Source: Clostridia bacterium (GTDB taxonomy: Bacteria > Bacillota > Clostridia > Oscillospirales > CAG-272). From it: a DNA stretch of 64,000 nucleotides. Where the stretch lies: positions 13,729 through 77,728 of the forward strand of contig JAKSOD010000002.1 of the NCBI GenBank assembly GCA_024405755.1, given 5' to 3'. The notes beneath the pieces were generated by a model, which ran no database searches, had not been told where the DNA came from, and saw only the letters and a program-made list of their open reading frames with translations. A program made the translations under genes and the position numbers. Position 1 is the first letter of the stretch, and every line of letters begins with the position of its first letter. This document shows, piece by piece, positions 29,287 to 38,946 of the stretch.

Positions 29287-29361
29287 TGGCTGGGATGGCC
29301 GGATTCGGACCGACGAATGCGGGAGTCAAAGTCCCGTGCCTTACCGCTTGGCTACATCCCA
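29287..29361 (-). tRNA. tRNA-Gln (anticodon UUG) with encoded CCA
   Basis: TGGGATGTAGCCAAGCGGTAAGGCACGGGACTTTGACTCCCGCATTCGTCGGTCCGAATCCGGCCATCCCAGCCA, 75 nt, folds as a cloverleaf. Confidence 0.95.
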
Positions 29362-29407
29362 TTGTAATATCTTTGCCGTGCGTTTTATCAGACTCACAGC
29401 GGGGTTT

Positions 29408-29436
29408 ATTTTACCACAGTTTTACGACCTTGTCAA
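29408..29436 (-). promoter_or_regulatory. Sigma-A-type promoter of tRNA-Gln
   Basis: Minus strand TTGACA-17 nt-TAAAAT with an extended -10 TG. Confidence 0.7.
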
Positions 29437-29463
29437 TACCAAAGATTCATCTTGTATGTTTTT

Positions 29464-29501
29464 TGTTCTGCCGGAACACTTCAATGTGTTCCGGCAGAAC
29501 A
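29464..29501 (-). terminator. 16-bp hairpin after the DUF3048-like gene
   Basis: TGTTCTGCCGGAACAC-TTCAAT-GTGTTCCGGCAGAACA; the U-tract is not canonical. Confidence 0.5.
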
Positions 29502-29517
29502 TCAAGAAAATTGTCTT

Positions 29518-30774
29518 TTAATGGAGCGCGTAATTCAGTTCAATTGATGATGTGCCTTTGAGAGAATCGGACACCACCGAAATAAATGTAGTACCGCGGT
29601 TTATGGAAAGCGGGAGTCCCTCGGGAGTCATGAACTCAAAAGGCTTGTCCTCCCCCGCACGGCTCCAATTTATCACGGCGTATCTTCCTCCGGAAATATA
29701 ATATCCGCTTCCGCCGCCAGTCACACCCACATCAAGTCTGCCCTCCGTGTCACCTTCAAGTTTTTCCTGCTTTGCGAAAAGCACGAACACATTCTTGAAA
29801 TTGAGCTGTTCACCGTTTTCGGCATCAAGGTGTGCCTTGTCTCCGAACTGATAGCGGTAATATGTACCCGTCAGACTGCTGTATATGAGTTGAACTTCCT
29901 GATAAGATGAATAACGGAGGATCGTGTGATATGCCGCTCCGCTTGTAAGCACAACTTCCTTTCCCTCGGTGACGAAATTGAACGCCATGGGAGTGGCGGA
30001 CGAATTGGTGGTGGGGTACTTATAGATCGCGGCAAGTTTTTCTATTCCCTTGCCGGTTATCATCAGAGAATGTTCATATCCTTTTTCACGGATGCGGGCG
30101 TTATCGCGGAAGAATCCGGAAAGAGCATATCTGTCGTGAACGCCGTCGATATAATCATATCCGCCGTTCTTAATGGCACCGTAACCCTGATCACTGTATC
30201 CGGCACCGACCATAAGCGACTTGACCGATTGTGACAGACTCACCATATAATGACGGGTTGAACGGATGGGACCGTAGACTTCAAGACCTCCCTCCTCATT
30301 TGCTTCACCGTAATCATTGGTGAACATGATAAGGCGGGAAATACCGCTTTCAACCATACATTCAATCAGAATGTCGGAACGGGAAATACCGCTCTGCGGA
30401 GCAGCAGCACTTACGTTGTCAAGCACGAGAGACACGGGTCGGACGTATGTCAGATCTCTTTCCGTGCGAAGTCCCGTCAGCGGATCAATATACGTTTCTG
30501 CGGGTCCGGAACTGGATTCCGGTAACGGCGAAGACGTTATTTCGGGTTCAGATGAACTGTCAGCGGGTTTTTTTTCGGTCGTATCTTCGGGTTCGGCAGA
30601 CGTATCGTCAGGCACAGTACTGTTCGGAGGAACATTCTCTGTCTGCGGTGCGGTGGTCCCGGGATCAATGATCGGCACTTCACCGTTGTCGCATGAAACG
30701 GCGGTCAGCACAAGAACCGACAGCAGCACAGCCGCAAGAATTCTCGTCAGGTTTTTCGTTTTTTTTCTTTTCAT
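29518..30774 (-). CDS. DUF3048/YerB-like lipoprotein
   Basis: Lipobox AVSC, Ser/Thr/Pro-rich linker, DPLTG, RPVSLVLDN..AAPQSGI, VESGISRL, GPIRSTR. Confidence 0.8.
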   Translation of the reverse strand: MKRKKTKNLTRILAAVLLSVLVLTAVSCDNGEVPIIDPGTTAPQTENVPPNSTVPDDTSAEPEDTTEKKPADSSSEPEITSSPLPESSSGPAETYIDPLTGLRTERDLTYVRPVSLVLDNVSAAAPQSGISRSDILIECMVESGISRLIMFTNDYGEANEEGGLEVYGPIRSTRHYMVSLSQSVKSLMVGAGYSDQGYGAIKNGGYDYIDGVHDRYALSGFFRDNARIREKGYEHSLMITGKGIEKLAAIYKYPTTNSSATPMAFNFVTEGKEVVLTSGAAYHTILRYSSYQEVQLIYSSLTGTYYRYQFGDKAHLDAENGEQLNFKNVFVLFAKQEKLEGDTEGRLDVGVTGGGSGYYISGGRYAVINWSRAGEDKPFEFMTPEGLPLSINRGTTFISVVSDSLKGTSSIELNYALH

Positions 30775-30810
30775 TTCTTCTTTACATCTTTACACGAAGC
30801 TTTTTTTTCG

Positions 30811-31107
30811 TCAATTTCTGTTTGCTTTATCAAGCCAGATCATTCCGAGAGTCAGAGCATTGTGAAGTCCGTCTTTTTCACCTTGTTTTACAATAACGGA
30901 AGGATCGGCGGATTCAACGACCTGAATAAAGACCTTGTCAGGCAGATCAACTCCGTTTTCTTTCTTGTAAGACATTATTTCAAGTATGAGAAAGCATTTT
31001 TCGCTCTTATCTCCGTAACAGATCGTATTTCCCTCGCGAACCAGTGGCTGATCCTTGTAGCGGAGGAATTTGCCCTCGACCGGAGCAAAGTCATTTTGTT
31101 TTGCCAT
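30811..31107 (-). CDS. Small hypothetical protein
   Basis: ATG with GGAGG RBS and its own promoter (TTGACT-17 nt-TACAAT at 31153-31181); 98 aa. Confidence 0.7.
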   Translation of the reverse strand: MAKQNDFAPVEGKFLRYKDQPLVREGNTICYGDKSEKCFLILEIMSYKKENGVDLPDKVFIQVVESADPSVIVKQGEKDGLHNALTLGMIWLDKANRN

Positions 31108-31225
31108 TGTAACCTCCATTGCTGTTGCGACAATTACTCATTATTACTATATATTGTATCACATATTTGAAATAAAGTCAATCATATTTTTATTCTTTAT
31201 TTCACCCCCGGATATCAATATCTGT

Positions 31226-32386
31226 TTATTTTCCTTTAATCTCCGGCGAACGTCGCACAGATTCCGTCTGACATCGCGGAACGGGACGCGACAGTGTAGC
31301 CAGAGCATCAAGGCGAAGGGACAATTCATGCTGACGCTTTGCATCAGAAAAATCCGGAATACGTGATGGCTTTGTGACTACGGGGATCTTTGTGCTTTTC
31401 CGTATTTCCGACAGGAAGTTTCTTCCCTGCCCGTTTGCGGCAAGGAGACGAACGTACGCGGGGAGAGAGTGAAGATCATCCGCCGTTACTCCCGTCATTG
31501 CGAAAAGCACTGCACGGCGCAGGCGTGCGTTTGTATACTTTTTGGTAGCAGCTGCAGACATCATTTCCGCAAAAGTTCCCGCATTGACCGCAGATTTTTG
31601 CAAAAGTTGTGCCACTCCGCCTCCGCATTCGGCATATTTCCCGCTTTCCGACGTGGAAGTCAGTCTCCACCAGCCGAGGATGGCAGACGAGATCCTGTCA
31701 GCAGAAACCAGACAGTCTCCGACGGCGACTGCTTTTTCAATTTTCTCACGCATCACGTCCGGAACATTTTCAGAAATGATTCCGTCGAACAGTTCTTTCC
31801 TTATTTGTGCGGCACTCGAAAATATCACATTTTCCGAGATCGCTCCGTGTCCCGCTCCGACACGCCTGACAGTTTCAAATCCGATATCAAGTCCCATCTT
31901 CCGCGCTGCCCTGATATATTCCACTCCCAGAAGATCATTCGGGGATATTCCGTCAATACCGGCGGCACAAAGGTAAGATTTTGCAGTTCCTTCGGGGCCG
32001 TGTGCCGTACGAACTTTCAGTTCTCCGTCAGATACCGTTCCCGCCATTGAAATAAGTTTTTGTATGTCACCGGATTCCGACCCGAAAGCTATGGTATCCG
32101 CACCAAGTGCCGCAAGAATATATACTCCCGCAGCGGCAAAATATCCGGCACTTCCGGAACTCCACGGATAAGGAAGTTCAAACACCGCATCGGCACCGCA
32201 TTCCACCGCCGCTTCCGCACGGTAATGCGCCGGAAGAGAGGCAAAACCGCCTCTTTGAACCGCTTCTCCGCTCATAAGACAGATTATCCTCTGCGCCCCT
32301 CTGCGCCGCAGTTCGTCCAGCATATATTTGTGTCCGTTATGAAACGGATCATATTCGCAGATCACTCCCGCCGTCTTCATAGACAT
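31226..32386 (-). CDS. tmcAL: tRNA(Met) cytidine acetate ligase (YlbM/TmcAL, HIGH-like nucleotidyltransferase)
   Basis: CEYDPFHNGH, MSGEAVQRG, FELP, FGSESG, PNDLLGVEY, SSAAQIR, YTNARLRR; start placed at 32386. Confidence 0.85.
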   Translation of the reverse strand: MSMKTAGVICEYDPFHNGHKYMLDELRRRGAQRIICLMSGEAVQRGGFASLPAHYRAEAAVECGADAVFELPYPWSSGSAGYFAAAGVYILAALGADTIAFGSESGDIQKLISMAGTVSDGELKVRTAHGPEGTAKSYLCAAGIDGISPNDLLGVEYIRAARKMGLDIGFETVRRVGAGHGAISENVIFSSAAQIRKELFDGIISENVPDVMREKIEKAVAVGDCLVSADRISSAILGWWRLTSTSESGKYAECGGGVAQLLQKSAVNAGTFAEMMSAAATKKYTNARLRRAVLFAMTGVTADDLHSLPAYVRLLAANGQGRNFLSEIRKSTKIPVVTKPSRIPDFSDAKRQHELSLRLDALATLSRPVPRCQTESVRRSPEIKGK

Positions 32387-32422
32387 TTTTACTTCCTTTT
32401 TGTTAAAAATTGCTTTTTCATA

Positions 32423-32451
32423 TTGAAAAAGCGTATGAATTGGTGTATAAT
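32423..32451 (+). promoter_or_regulatory. Sigma-A-type promoter of ackA
   Basis: TTGAAA-17 nt-TATAAT. Confidence 0.6.
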
Positions 32452-32495
32452 GTTTTAGATTGATTTTTGAAATAATTTCGGAGGAAAATAAGAAA

Positions 32496-33731
32496 ATGAA
32501 AATTCTCGTTGTAAACGCCGGTTCCAGTTCTCTTAAATACCAACTTTTCGAAACCGACAACTACACCGTCCTTGCAAAAGGTGTTTGTGAGCGTATCGGA
32601 GACCCTATGGGAGATATCGACCACAAGAACCTTATTAAGGGCACCCGCAGAAAAACCGAACTTGAAATCAAGACTCATAACGACGCCGTGGCTCTCGTTA
32701 TCGACGCCCTCACCAACAAAGAAGACGGCGTTATCAACAATATCAAGGAAGTTAAGGCTATCGGTCACAGAATAGTTCACGGCGGTCCCTGGTTCTCGGA
32801 ATCCGCTCTCGTCACCGACGAGGTCATCAAGGCTCTTGAACAATGCCATGATTTTGCCCCTCTTCACACAGGTGCTCATCTGCAAGGCATCTACGGCTGC
32901 CAGAAATATATGCCCGATGTCCCGAACGTAGTCGTTTTCGACACTGCTTTCCACCAGACTATGCCCCCCGAGTCATATATGTACGGTCTGTCATACGATA
33001 TGTATGAGAAATACCACATCCGCCGTTACGGTGCGCACGGTACTTCCCACCGCTACGTCTCCGGAAAGATGATCGAACTGCTCGGCGGAAAGGCTGAGGG
33101 CACGAAGATCGTCACATGCCATATCGGCAACGGCTCTTCAATCTCCGCAGTCAAGGACGGAAAGATCCTCGATACTTCCATGGGATTCACTCCGCTTGCC
33201 GGTGTTCTTATGGGAACCCGCTGCGGCGACATTGATCCCGCAATCGTTCCCTACATTATGAAAAAAGAGAATATGACTCCGAACGAAGTCGATAACTATA
33301 TGAACAAGAAGTGCGGATATATCGGACTTACCTCCGGTTATTCTTCCGATTCCCGAGACCTTGAAGACGTTATCGCCGAGGGACCCTCAAATCCGCACTA
33401 CGAGCAGTGCAATCTTGCTGTTGATATGCTCAAACATCAGATCAAAAAGTATATCGGTGCATATACCGCGATCATGAACGGTCTTGATGCTGTCGTATTC
33501 ACCGCCGGACTCGGAGAGAACAACCCGCGTCTGCGCTGGATCGTTTGCGAAGATATGGAGTATTTCGGAATCAAACTTGACGAAAAACAGAATCTCAAAG
33601 CCTTCCGTCAGCCCGATATCATCAAGATCTCCGCTGAGGACTCCAAGATCCCCGTTTATGTCATCCCCACCGACGAAGAATACGTCATCTGCCGCGATAC
33701 CGAGACTATCGTCAACGGACTCGCGAAATAA
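32496..33731 (+). CDS. ackA: Acetate kinase
   Basis: NAGSSSLKY, GHRIVHGG, FDTAFHQT, YGAHGTSH, CHIGNGSS, PTDEE; ATG 32496 follows GGAGG. Confidence 0.97.
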   Translation: MKILVVNAGSSSLKYQLFETDNYTVLAKGVCERIGDPMGDIDHKNLIKGTRRKTELEIKTHNDAVALVIDALTNKEDGVINNIKEVKAIGHRIVHGGPWFSESALVTDEVIKALEQCHDFAPLHTGAHLQGIYGCQKYMPDVPNVVVFDTAFHQTMPPESYMYGLSYDMYEKYHIRRYGAHGTSHRYVSGKMIELLGGKAEGTKIVTCHIGNGSSISAVKDGKILDTSMGFTPLAGVLMGTRCGDIDPAIVPYIMKKENMTPNEVDNYMNKKCGYIGLTSGYSSDSRDLEDVIAEGPSNPHYEQCNLAVDMLKHQIKKYIGAYTAIMNGLDAVVFTAGLGENNPRLRWIVCEDMEYFGIKLDEKQNLKAFRQPDIIKISAEDSKIPVYVIPTDEEYVICRDTETIVNGLAK

Positions 33732-33752
33732 TCAAAAATTCCAATATAATGA

Positions 33753-33785
33753 AATATCCGGCATCGGATTTCGGTGCCGGATATT
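33753..33785. terminator. Hairpin between convergent ackA and the NTPase gene
   Basis: AATATCCGGCATCG-GATTT-CGGTGCCGGATATT. Confidence 0.6.
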
Positions 33786-33854
33786 ATTATATCATATTTT
33801 TTCGTCAAAAGCGACATTGCGAAAGAAATTTTTTATCAAGATGATTTTATGTTT

Positions 33855-34925
33855 TCATCGATAAAGCTCACGACGGAATATATCATGGCAAAGTCCCGCG
33901 CAGAATTCTTCCTTTGCTTTGAAGTTCATCGCGGAAGAATATATTTTTTCAAGAGCGAAATGTCCGCGCGCCGCATCTGCCAGCGCGTCGTACGCCGCCG
34001 TCATGCTGGAAGTTTCAAGCCTGCGAAGAGCGGAAAACTCCTCTCTCAGATCACGAAAAATCTGACGGTCAAAAAATTCCGACATATCAACTCCGTCACT
34101 TTCACCGCGTATCGGGAGCTGGCGGGTGACAACAGCATTCTTTCCTATGCGAAGAGCACCAATGCGGTCCGGACACAGTGCGTCCGGTGAAATCCGGCAT
34201 ACTCCGCCGCGGTTTCTTACCGCATCAGCCACGGCTCCGAGAAACAAATAGGAAGTTCCAAGTCCTCTTCCGTCGGAAACCGTGAACACTTTGTCTGCCC
34301 CCTCTCTGAAAGTGTCAAATTCCGCATGCCCGCGCATACTGATCGCCTCAAGCGGAGACCTGATCGCAAACGGCGCAACACTGACATCTGCAAACTCAGC
34401 GGCCACCCTCGCCGCTGCGTTTTTTACCGCTTCAATGTCGGTGCATGTCTCGACAATGGAATCCGCCGCGCGCCGTAATGCACCTGCGGCAGCAAGGCAG
34501 CGGTATCCGCGTGAATACGCTTCCGCTTTTTTGATATTGAGTTTCGTGATATCATCTGCCCGTTCGGTAAGAACGGCACTGTCCCAGAAAGTGCCGAGAT
34601 CAATTATGTTGTCAACCGATCCAGGAGTTTTCATATCCTCTGAATGAGGTGCCGTTCCGTCAAGAACGGAAACAGTACCTCCGAAAGGAAGAGTGACGAA
34701 TATTCCGTCAAGGGAGTCCGGATCGGAAGAACAGTAATACATTTCAACCGAACTTCCGTTTTGCTCGGCCGCGTCCGCAAGTTCGCCGAGCAAACGGGAT
34801 TTTCCCGTCCCGGGTCCTCCTTTGATAATGTAACATCTTTGGGCGCGTGTCCCGCGCAGATTTTCATTAAAGTAACTTACAAATCCGCTCTCGCAGTTTG
34901 AAGCCGCAAAGTATTTTGACCTCAT
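33855..34925 (-). CDS. P-loop NTPase, PRK06851-like
   Basis: YFAASNCESGF, IKGGPGTGKS, CSSDPDSLDG, DGTAPH, H..LEKIYSSAMNF. Confidence 0.75.
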   Translation of the reverse strand: MRSKYFAASNCESGFVSYFNENLRGTRAQRCYIIKGGPGTGKSRLLGELADAAEQNGSSVEMYYCSSDPDSLDGIFVTLPFGGTVSVLDGTAPHSEDMKTPGSVDNIIDLGTFWDSAVLTERADDITKLNIKKAEAYSRGYRCLAAAGALRRAADSIVETCTDIEAVKNAAARVAAEFADVSVAPFAIRSPLEAISMRGHAEFDTFREGADKVFTVSDGRGLGTSYLFLGAVADAVRNRGGVCRISPDALCPDRIGALRIGKNAVVTRQLPIRGESDGVDMSEFFDRQIFRDLREEFSALRRLETSSMTAAYDALADAARGHFALEKIYSSAMNFKAKEEFCAGLCHDIFRRELYR

Positions 34926-34941
34926 CTGACCTCATTCCGGC

Positions 34942-35499
34942 TCATTTCTCAATGATGACTACGTTGGCAGGTTTGATGCCGGTCTGCTCAAAAACGACGG
35001 TGTTGATCTGTGCTATCTGACTTGCGTTGAGCGGTTTGGAATCAACATCAACCACTACGCTTACATTTCCGCCTCCCACGACTGCCACACACTGGGCAAA
35101 TCCTTTTGACATCACAAGCGTTTCAATGTTGGATTCCGCTTCCATATCCTTCGCCATCTGCGTCAGATCGGCAAGAGCCGTTGCCTTTGCTTCGGCATCG
35201 GCGGCACTGTCGTCGATAACGCCTTGAAGTACTTCAAGAGCCTCGTCACGGGCACGCTGGCGGCTGACCTGAGTTGCGGAGAAATAACTGTCGTTTCCGT
35301 TGTTGGCGGATGCGCCGGTTTCTTCGCCCTGATTTGTCGGTGTGTTGCCCGCGGGACTGACATCACGTCCGGCAAAAACTGCCCAGTTTACTGCCACCGC
35401 CGCCCCCACGAGCAGAACGGCACAGATCACGATAAGGTTGCGCTTTCCGAGTTTTGCAAAGAAGTTCTTTACTGCTTCGGTCTGTTTCTCAAATTTCAT
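34942..35499 (-). CDS. spoIIIAH: Stage III sporulation protein AH
   Basis: N-terminal TM helix, YFSATQVSRQRAR, ESNIETLVMSKGF; last gene of the spoIIIA run. Confidence 0.88.
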   Translation of the reverse strand: MKFEKQTEAVKNFFAKLGKRNLIVICAVLLVGAAVAVNWAVFAGRDVSPAGNTPTNQGEETGASANNGNDSYFSATQVSRQRARDEALEVLQGVIDDSAADAEAKATALADLTQMAKDMEAESNIETLVMSKGFAQCVAVVGGGNVSVVVDVDSKPLNASQIAQINTVVFEQTGIKPANVVIIEK

Positions 35500-35574
35500 A
35501 TCCTGTCCTCCGGTTTTTGTTTTGGATGTGGTAAATCATATTTATGTATGTTCCGAAATATTCCTCAGAGGTTG

Positions 35575-36096
35575 TCATCCGGTCCCCGAAATGTAAATTT
35601 TATTGGTTCCGATCCCGAATGCCGCCGCTACAAGCGACGTCAGTTCCGCCATAACACCGGGGGATGACGCTCCGCGGCAGACAATACCTATCCCCGCTAT
35701 CCGCGGCATAGTTACCCCGGTCTGGCAAAGATGAGCCGAAGAACCGCTCCCCACGGTTATATATTTTGAGTCCGCCCTGCCGTCACGGCTTTCTGTGTTT
35801 GCGGCATACACCTGCTCAAAACTCTCCGACAGCGTCACGACTACTGTCACATTGCTTACTCCGTCAACACTGAGGCACAGCCTCTGCGCTTCCTCTTCAA
35901 GATACCTGCACCATTCCATTGCAGACAACGCTGCTCCGGAAACATCGTCTCCGCTTCCGCTGCTGCCGCCATTGCTGCTGTTCTTCCCGTTTACGGAACC
36001 GAGAAACAGCAGAAACACTCCGGCACATATCGCAAACAGTATCAGCAGCATCTTTACGGAAGGCGATTTTTTCTTTTCTTTTGCCGTTGAAGTCAT
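35575..36096 (-). CDS. spoIIIAG: Stage III sporulation protein AG
   Basis: TM helix, LEEEAQRLCLSVDGVSNVTVVVTL, PRIAGIGIVCRGA. Confidence 0.8.
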   Translation of the reverse strand: MTSTAKEKKKSPSVKMLLILFAICAGVFLLFLGSVNGKNSSNGGSSGSGDDVSGAALSAMEWCRYLEEEAQRLCLSVDGVSNVTVVVTLSESFEQVYAANTESRDGRADSKYITVGSGSSAHLCQTGVTMPRIAGIGIVCRGASSPGVMAELTSLVAAAFGIGTNKIYISGTG

Positions 36097-36114
36097 TTTT
36101 CCTCCTCAATTCTC

Positions 36115-36143
36115 ATGATATTTTACCATTCGTATCAGATTCA
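36115..36143 (-). promoter_or_regulatory. Possible internal sigma-E promoter for spoIIIAG-AH
   Basis: Minus strand TGAATCT-14 nt-AATATCAT; same spacing as the spoIIIAA site. Weak sequence match, supported mainly by position. Confidence 0.3.
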
Positions 36144-36644
36144 GTCCCTTCCCGTTACGACATCGCAGGGACATCCGGCTGTTTTCTCAACATACCTGAT
36201 TATTTCGTGCGGATCCTGCCACATTGCGTTTCCGGTAAGACACACCGTGACAGATTCAAGTCTTACTCCCTCTCCGTCTGCCGTGACGGAAACGTATACC
36301 GTTACGTTTTCTTCTGCCAAACCGAATTTATCTGAGATCTGAGCGCAAAGTTTTTGACGTATCTGCTCTCCGCTCTCACGCGAGAGTGCGTCATATAATC
36401 CCGATAGATCTCCCGAATCCGCTTCGGCAGAAAAAGAATAAGCCCCGGATCTGATTTTTTCCGCTATCCCCCCCATCAGAGGAGCAAGAGGAGCAACTAT
36501 ACAAATCAAAAGAATCAGAGATGTGACCTGGATCACGGAACGCCGTATCCCGTCGTTTCCCGTTTTCTCCGGCAGGATCCGCACAGCAACGGATACTCCG
36601 ATACTGACGGTCACGATCCCGGATATATATGTTCCGAAAGTCAT
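36141..36644 (-). CDS. spoIIIAF: Stage III sporulation protein AF-like
   Basis: Two N-terminal TM helices plus a soluble domain; position between AE and AG. Confidence 0.65.
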   Translation of the reverse strand: MTFGTYISGIVTVSIGVSVAVRILPEKTGNDGIRRSVIQVTSLILLICIVAPLAPLMGGIAEKIRSGAYSFSAEADSGDLSGLYDALSRESGEQIRQKLCAQISDKFGLAEENVTVYVSVTADGEGVRLESVTVCLTGNAMWQDPHEIIRYVEKTAGCPCDVVTGRD

Positions 36645-37804
36645 ATTGCTCCTCCAACTGCGGATGAAGTCACGGAAAAGACCGTAAGTGCAAAAACAAA
36701 CAGCACGGAACAGATCGCTGCCGCCGCAATCACATATCCGTAGAGAGAAGCCATTTCATTCAGAAACTTGACTTCTTTTTTGCATCCGAGAAGTTCGCCG
36801 ACTGCCGCTGACGACGAAAAAGCAAGTCGCGTCAGCAAAAGCGATACAAGAGTCGGCAAAAGCAGAATGGCGATCACCACTATCCCCGCCACACCGACTG
36901 TGCTGCGTAAGAGTTTCGTACTTGCCGCTACGGTACGGAGCGTATCGCCCACAGTCGATCCCACCACCGGAATCATATTACCGGCAAAAAATTTCACCGT
37001 TCTCGCACTGACACCGTCCCCAGCCGCCGCAAGAACGCTCTGCGTACCAAGTGCCGCCGCAAGCAGAGTGCCGCACAGTCCGAGGACAAAAACCGCGCTT
37101 CTTTTGATCAGCGATGATACTGCAGAAAGTCCGGGCATTTCTCCCGAACAGAAAGACTCTGAAACAGCAAGTGCCGTACAGATGCAGAATGCAGGCATCA
37201 GCCAAGAAGATACAAGAATATCAAGCAGATCTATCCACAGAATGACAGATGAGTTGTTAACCGCCGCCGCTGCCGCATTCCCGCCCGAGAGGTACAGAAA
37301 ACCCATAAGCGGCAGGAGCGATGCCATTACCGTGCGGAGTGACGAAAAAAAGACGGATAATGCCGATATTCTCCCGTATTGGAGTCCCGCCGCCGTTACT
37401 GTGACCGCAAGACTTGCCGCAAATGATACAGTATCCGACAGATCTCCGGAAATGATTCCCTCACCGGCACTTTTTATCAGAGCCGACAGCGCAGTCAACG
37501 ATGTAAGTGCCGCAAAAAGTGAAAGCGCACTGCCCATACCGCCGCTCAGAAGATTCAGCAGGAATTCAAGTATTTTCCCCGGAGTACTCATTTGCTCCAC
37601 TGCCTGTCCCACATCGTCAAGATCATCCGAAAAGAAACCTTCTGGAAGAAGTTCTGCAACGTCTTCGGGGACGGAAGCAATAAAATCCAGGTAACCGTCG
37701 GGCATGGTGCCTTCATTTTTTTCTGCCGCTGTTCCGACACAGAACAAAGTCAAAAATAACATAATCGACAACGACGCCGCAAAAAAACGACGTTTTTTCT
37801 TCAT
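36641..37804 (-). CDS. spoIIIAE: Stage III sporulation protein AE
   Basis: Multi-TM protein; RTVKFFAGNMIPVVG. Confidence 0.88.
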   Translation of the reverse strand: MKKKRRFFAASLSIMLFLTLFCVGTAAEKNEGTMPDGYLDFIASVPEDVAELLPEGFFSDDLDDVGQAVEQMSTPGKILEFLLNLLSGGMGSALSLFAALTSLTALSALIKSAGEGIISGDLSDTVSFAASLAVTVTAAGLQYGRISALSVFFSSLRTVMASLLPLMGFLYLSGGNAAAAAVNNSSVILWIDLLDILVSSWLMPAFCICTALAVSESFCSGEMPGLSAVSSLIKRSAVFVLGLCGTLLAAALGTQSVLAAAGDGVSARTVKFFAGNMIPVVGSTVGDTLRTVAASTKLLRSTVGVAGIVVIAILLLPTLVSLLLTRLAFSSSAAVGELLGCKKEVKFLNEMASLYGYVIAAAAICSVLFVFALTVFSVTSSAVGGAI

Positions 37805-38205
37805 ATTCCCGCCTCCGAGATCAGTCCGTTCACGGCATCCAGCGCGCTCTTTACCAATGGAAGCGTCAGCACAAGAATTTCAAGTTTCGCCGCAACTTCA
37901 AGGGATGACGCAACTGATGCCGCCCCCATTTCACGGCATATATCCGACGCTGTACGCGACAGGAATGCAATACCGAGAACACGCATAAGAATTCCAGCCG
38001 TCTCTCCCACAAGCGGTGATTCGCCGATCATTCCCGAGAAGCACGACACTACGGGTTCAGCCATTACAGCAGAAGCAAGCAAAAGCATTACCGTTGCAGT
38101 CAGCCTTACGGGAATCTCAAATTCCTTCTTAAGTTCCCTCAACAGAAGCGCAGCTCCTGCCGCAATAACAGAAATACCGCATAATTTCAGAGTATCAAAT
38201 CCCAT
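37801..38205 (-). CDS. spoIIIAD: Stage III sporulation protein AD
   Basis: LMRVLGIAFL...DICREMG...LEVAAKLEIL. Confidence 0.85.
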   Translation of the reverse strand: MGFDTLKLCGISVIAAGAALLLRELKKEFEIPVRLTATVMLLLASAVMAEPVVSCFSGMIGESPLVGETAGILMRVLGIAFLSRTASDICREMGAASVASSLEVAAKLEILVLTLPLVKSALDAVNGLISEAGI

Positions 38206-38207
38206 TT

Positions 38208-38402
38208 TCAGAATCCGAATACGCTGCGTACCTTATCGAAAAGTTCGTCTATCTGTCCCACAAGCATTACAAGCACGACCACAATACCGGTAACGGTCAG
38301 AAGCATAACCTGCTCGTCTCTTCCCGTTTTTGACAATATCTGTGCTGAAATAGCCACAAGCACCCCCACACCGATCACTTTAAGCAAAAGAGTAATATCC
38401 AT
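38208..38402 (-). CDS. spoIIIAC: Stage III sporulation protein AC
   Basis: MDITLLLKVIGVGVLVA...GRDEQ...VRSVFGF, 64 aa. Confidence 0.92.
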   Translation of the reverse strand: MDITLLLKVIGVGVLVAISAQILSKTGRDEQVMLLTVTGIVVVLVMLVGQIDELFDKVRSVFGF

Positions 38403-38415
38403 TTTATTTCCTTAT

Positions 38416-38946
38416 TTATATAAGAATTATTATGATTGCAGCGGCGATACAAAAGCATAGCACCGTTCGGCTGCGTCGCTCTTTCGGCAATTCTTCCATA
38501 AGCCTGCTCCTTGTCTGCCGCAGAGATTCAAGGCAAGCGTCACATGAACGGAGTTCCTCCTCGCGGAACGACCTTCCGAAATCGGCGGCAAATCCGACAA
38601 GTGCGTCTTTTCCGTCGGAAAAGAACTCCCCCTCCGCTATAGCATCAACAAGTCCGCGGATATCGGTTGGAATCTGTCTTTCTTTCTCTGTTTCATCCGC
38701 TGAACATCCGATAAAACAACCGTCTATCACTTCCGGATCACATCTGCGGAGTATCTCCGAGACGGGTGTCAGATATCTGTCTATCTGGTCTCTTATCAGA
38801 ACGATCAGGGCAATAAGCGAATCAAGCCGCCGCAGCCGTGCTTTGTCCCTGAGAGCGGTAACATACGCTGAGGCACCGATCGCGGCAAAAATCGCCGCCG
38901 ATCCCGCTGCCTTACACAGCACCGTTCCCGATAAGGCAAGACTCAT
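38416..38946 (-). CDS. spoIIIAB: Stage III sporulation protein AB-like
   Basis: N- and C-terminal TM helices; position between AA and AC; ATG 38946 follows GGGAGG. Confidence 0.75.
   Translation of the reverse strand: MSLALSGTVLCKAAGSAAIFAAIGASAYVTALRDKARLRRLDSLIALIVLIRDQIDRYLTPVSEILRRCDPEVIDGCFIGCSADETEKERQIPTDIRGLVDAIAEGEFFSDGKDALVGFAADFGRSFREEELRSCDACLESLRQTRSRLMEELPKERRSRTVLCFCIAAAIIIILI

Noticed and set aside
18890-29361. Nucleoside cluster as an island integrated at the tRNA-Gln 3' end
   Set aside because: No integrase and no duplicated tRNA 3' end (att repeat) seen; the genes look like native housekeeping genes.
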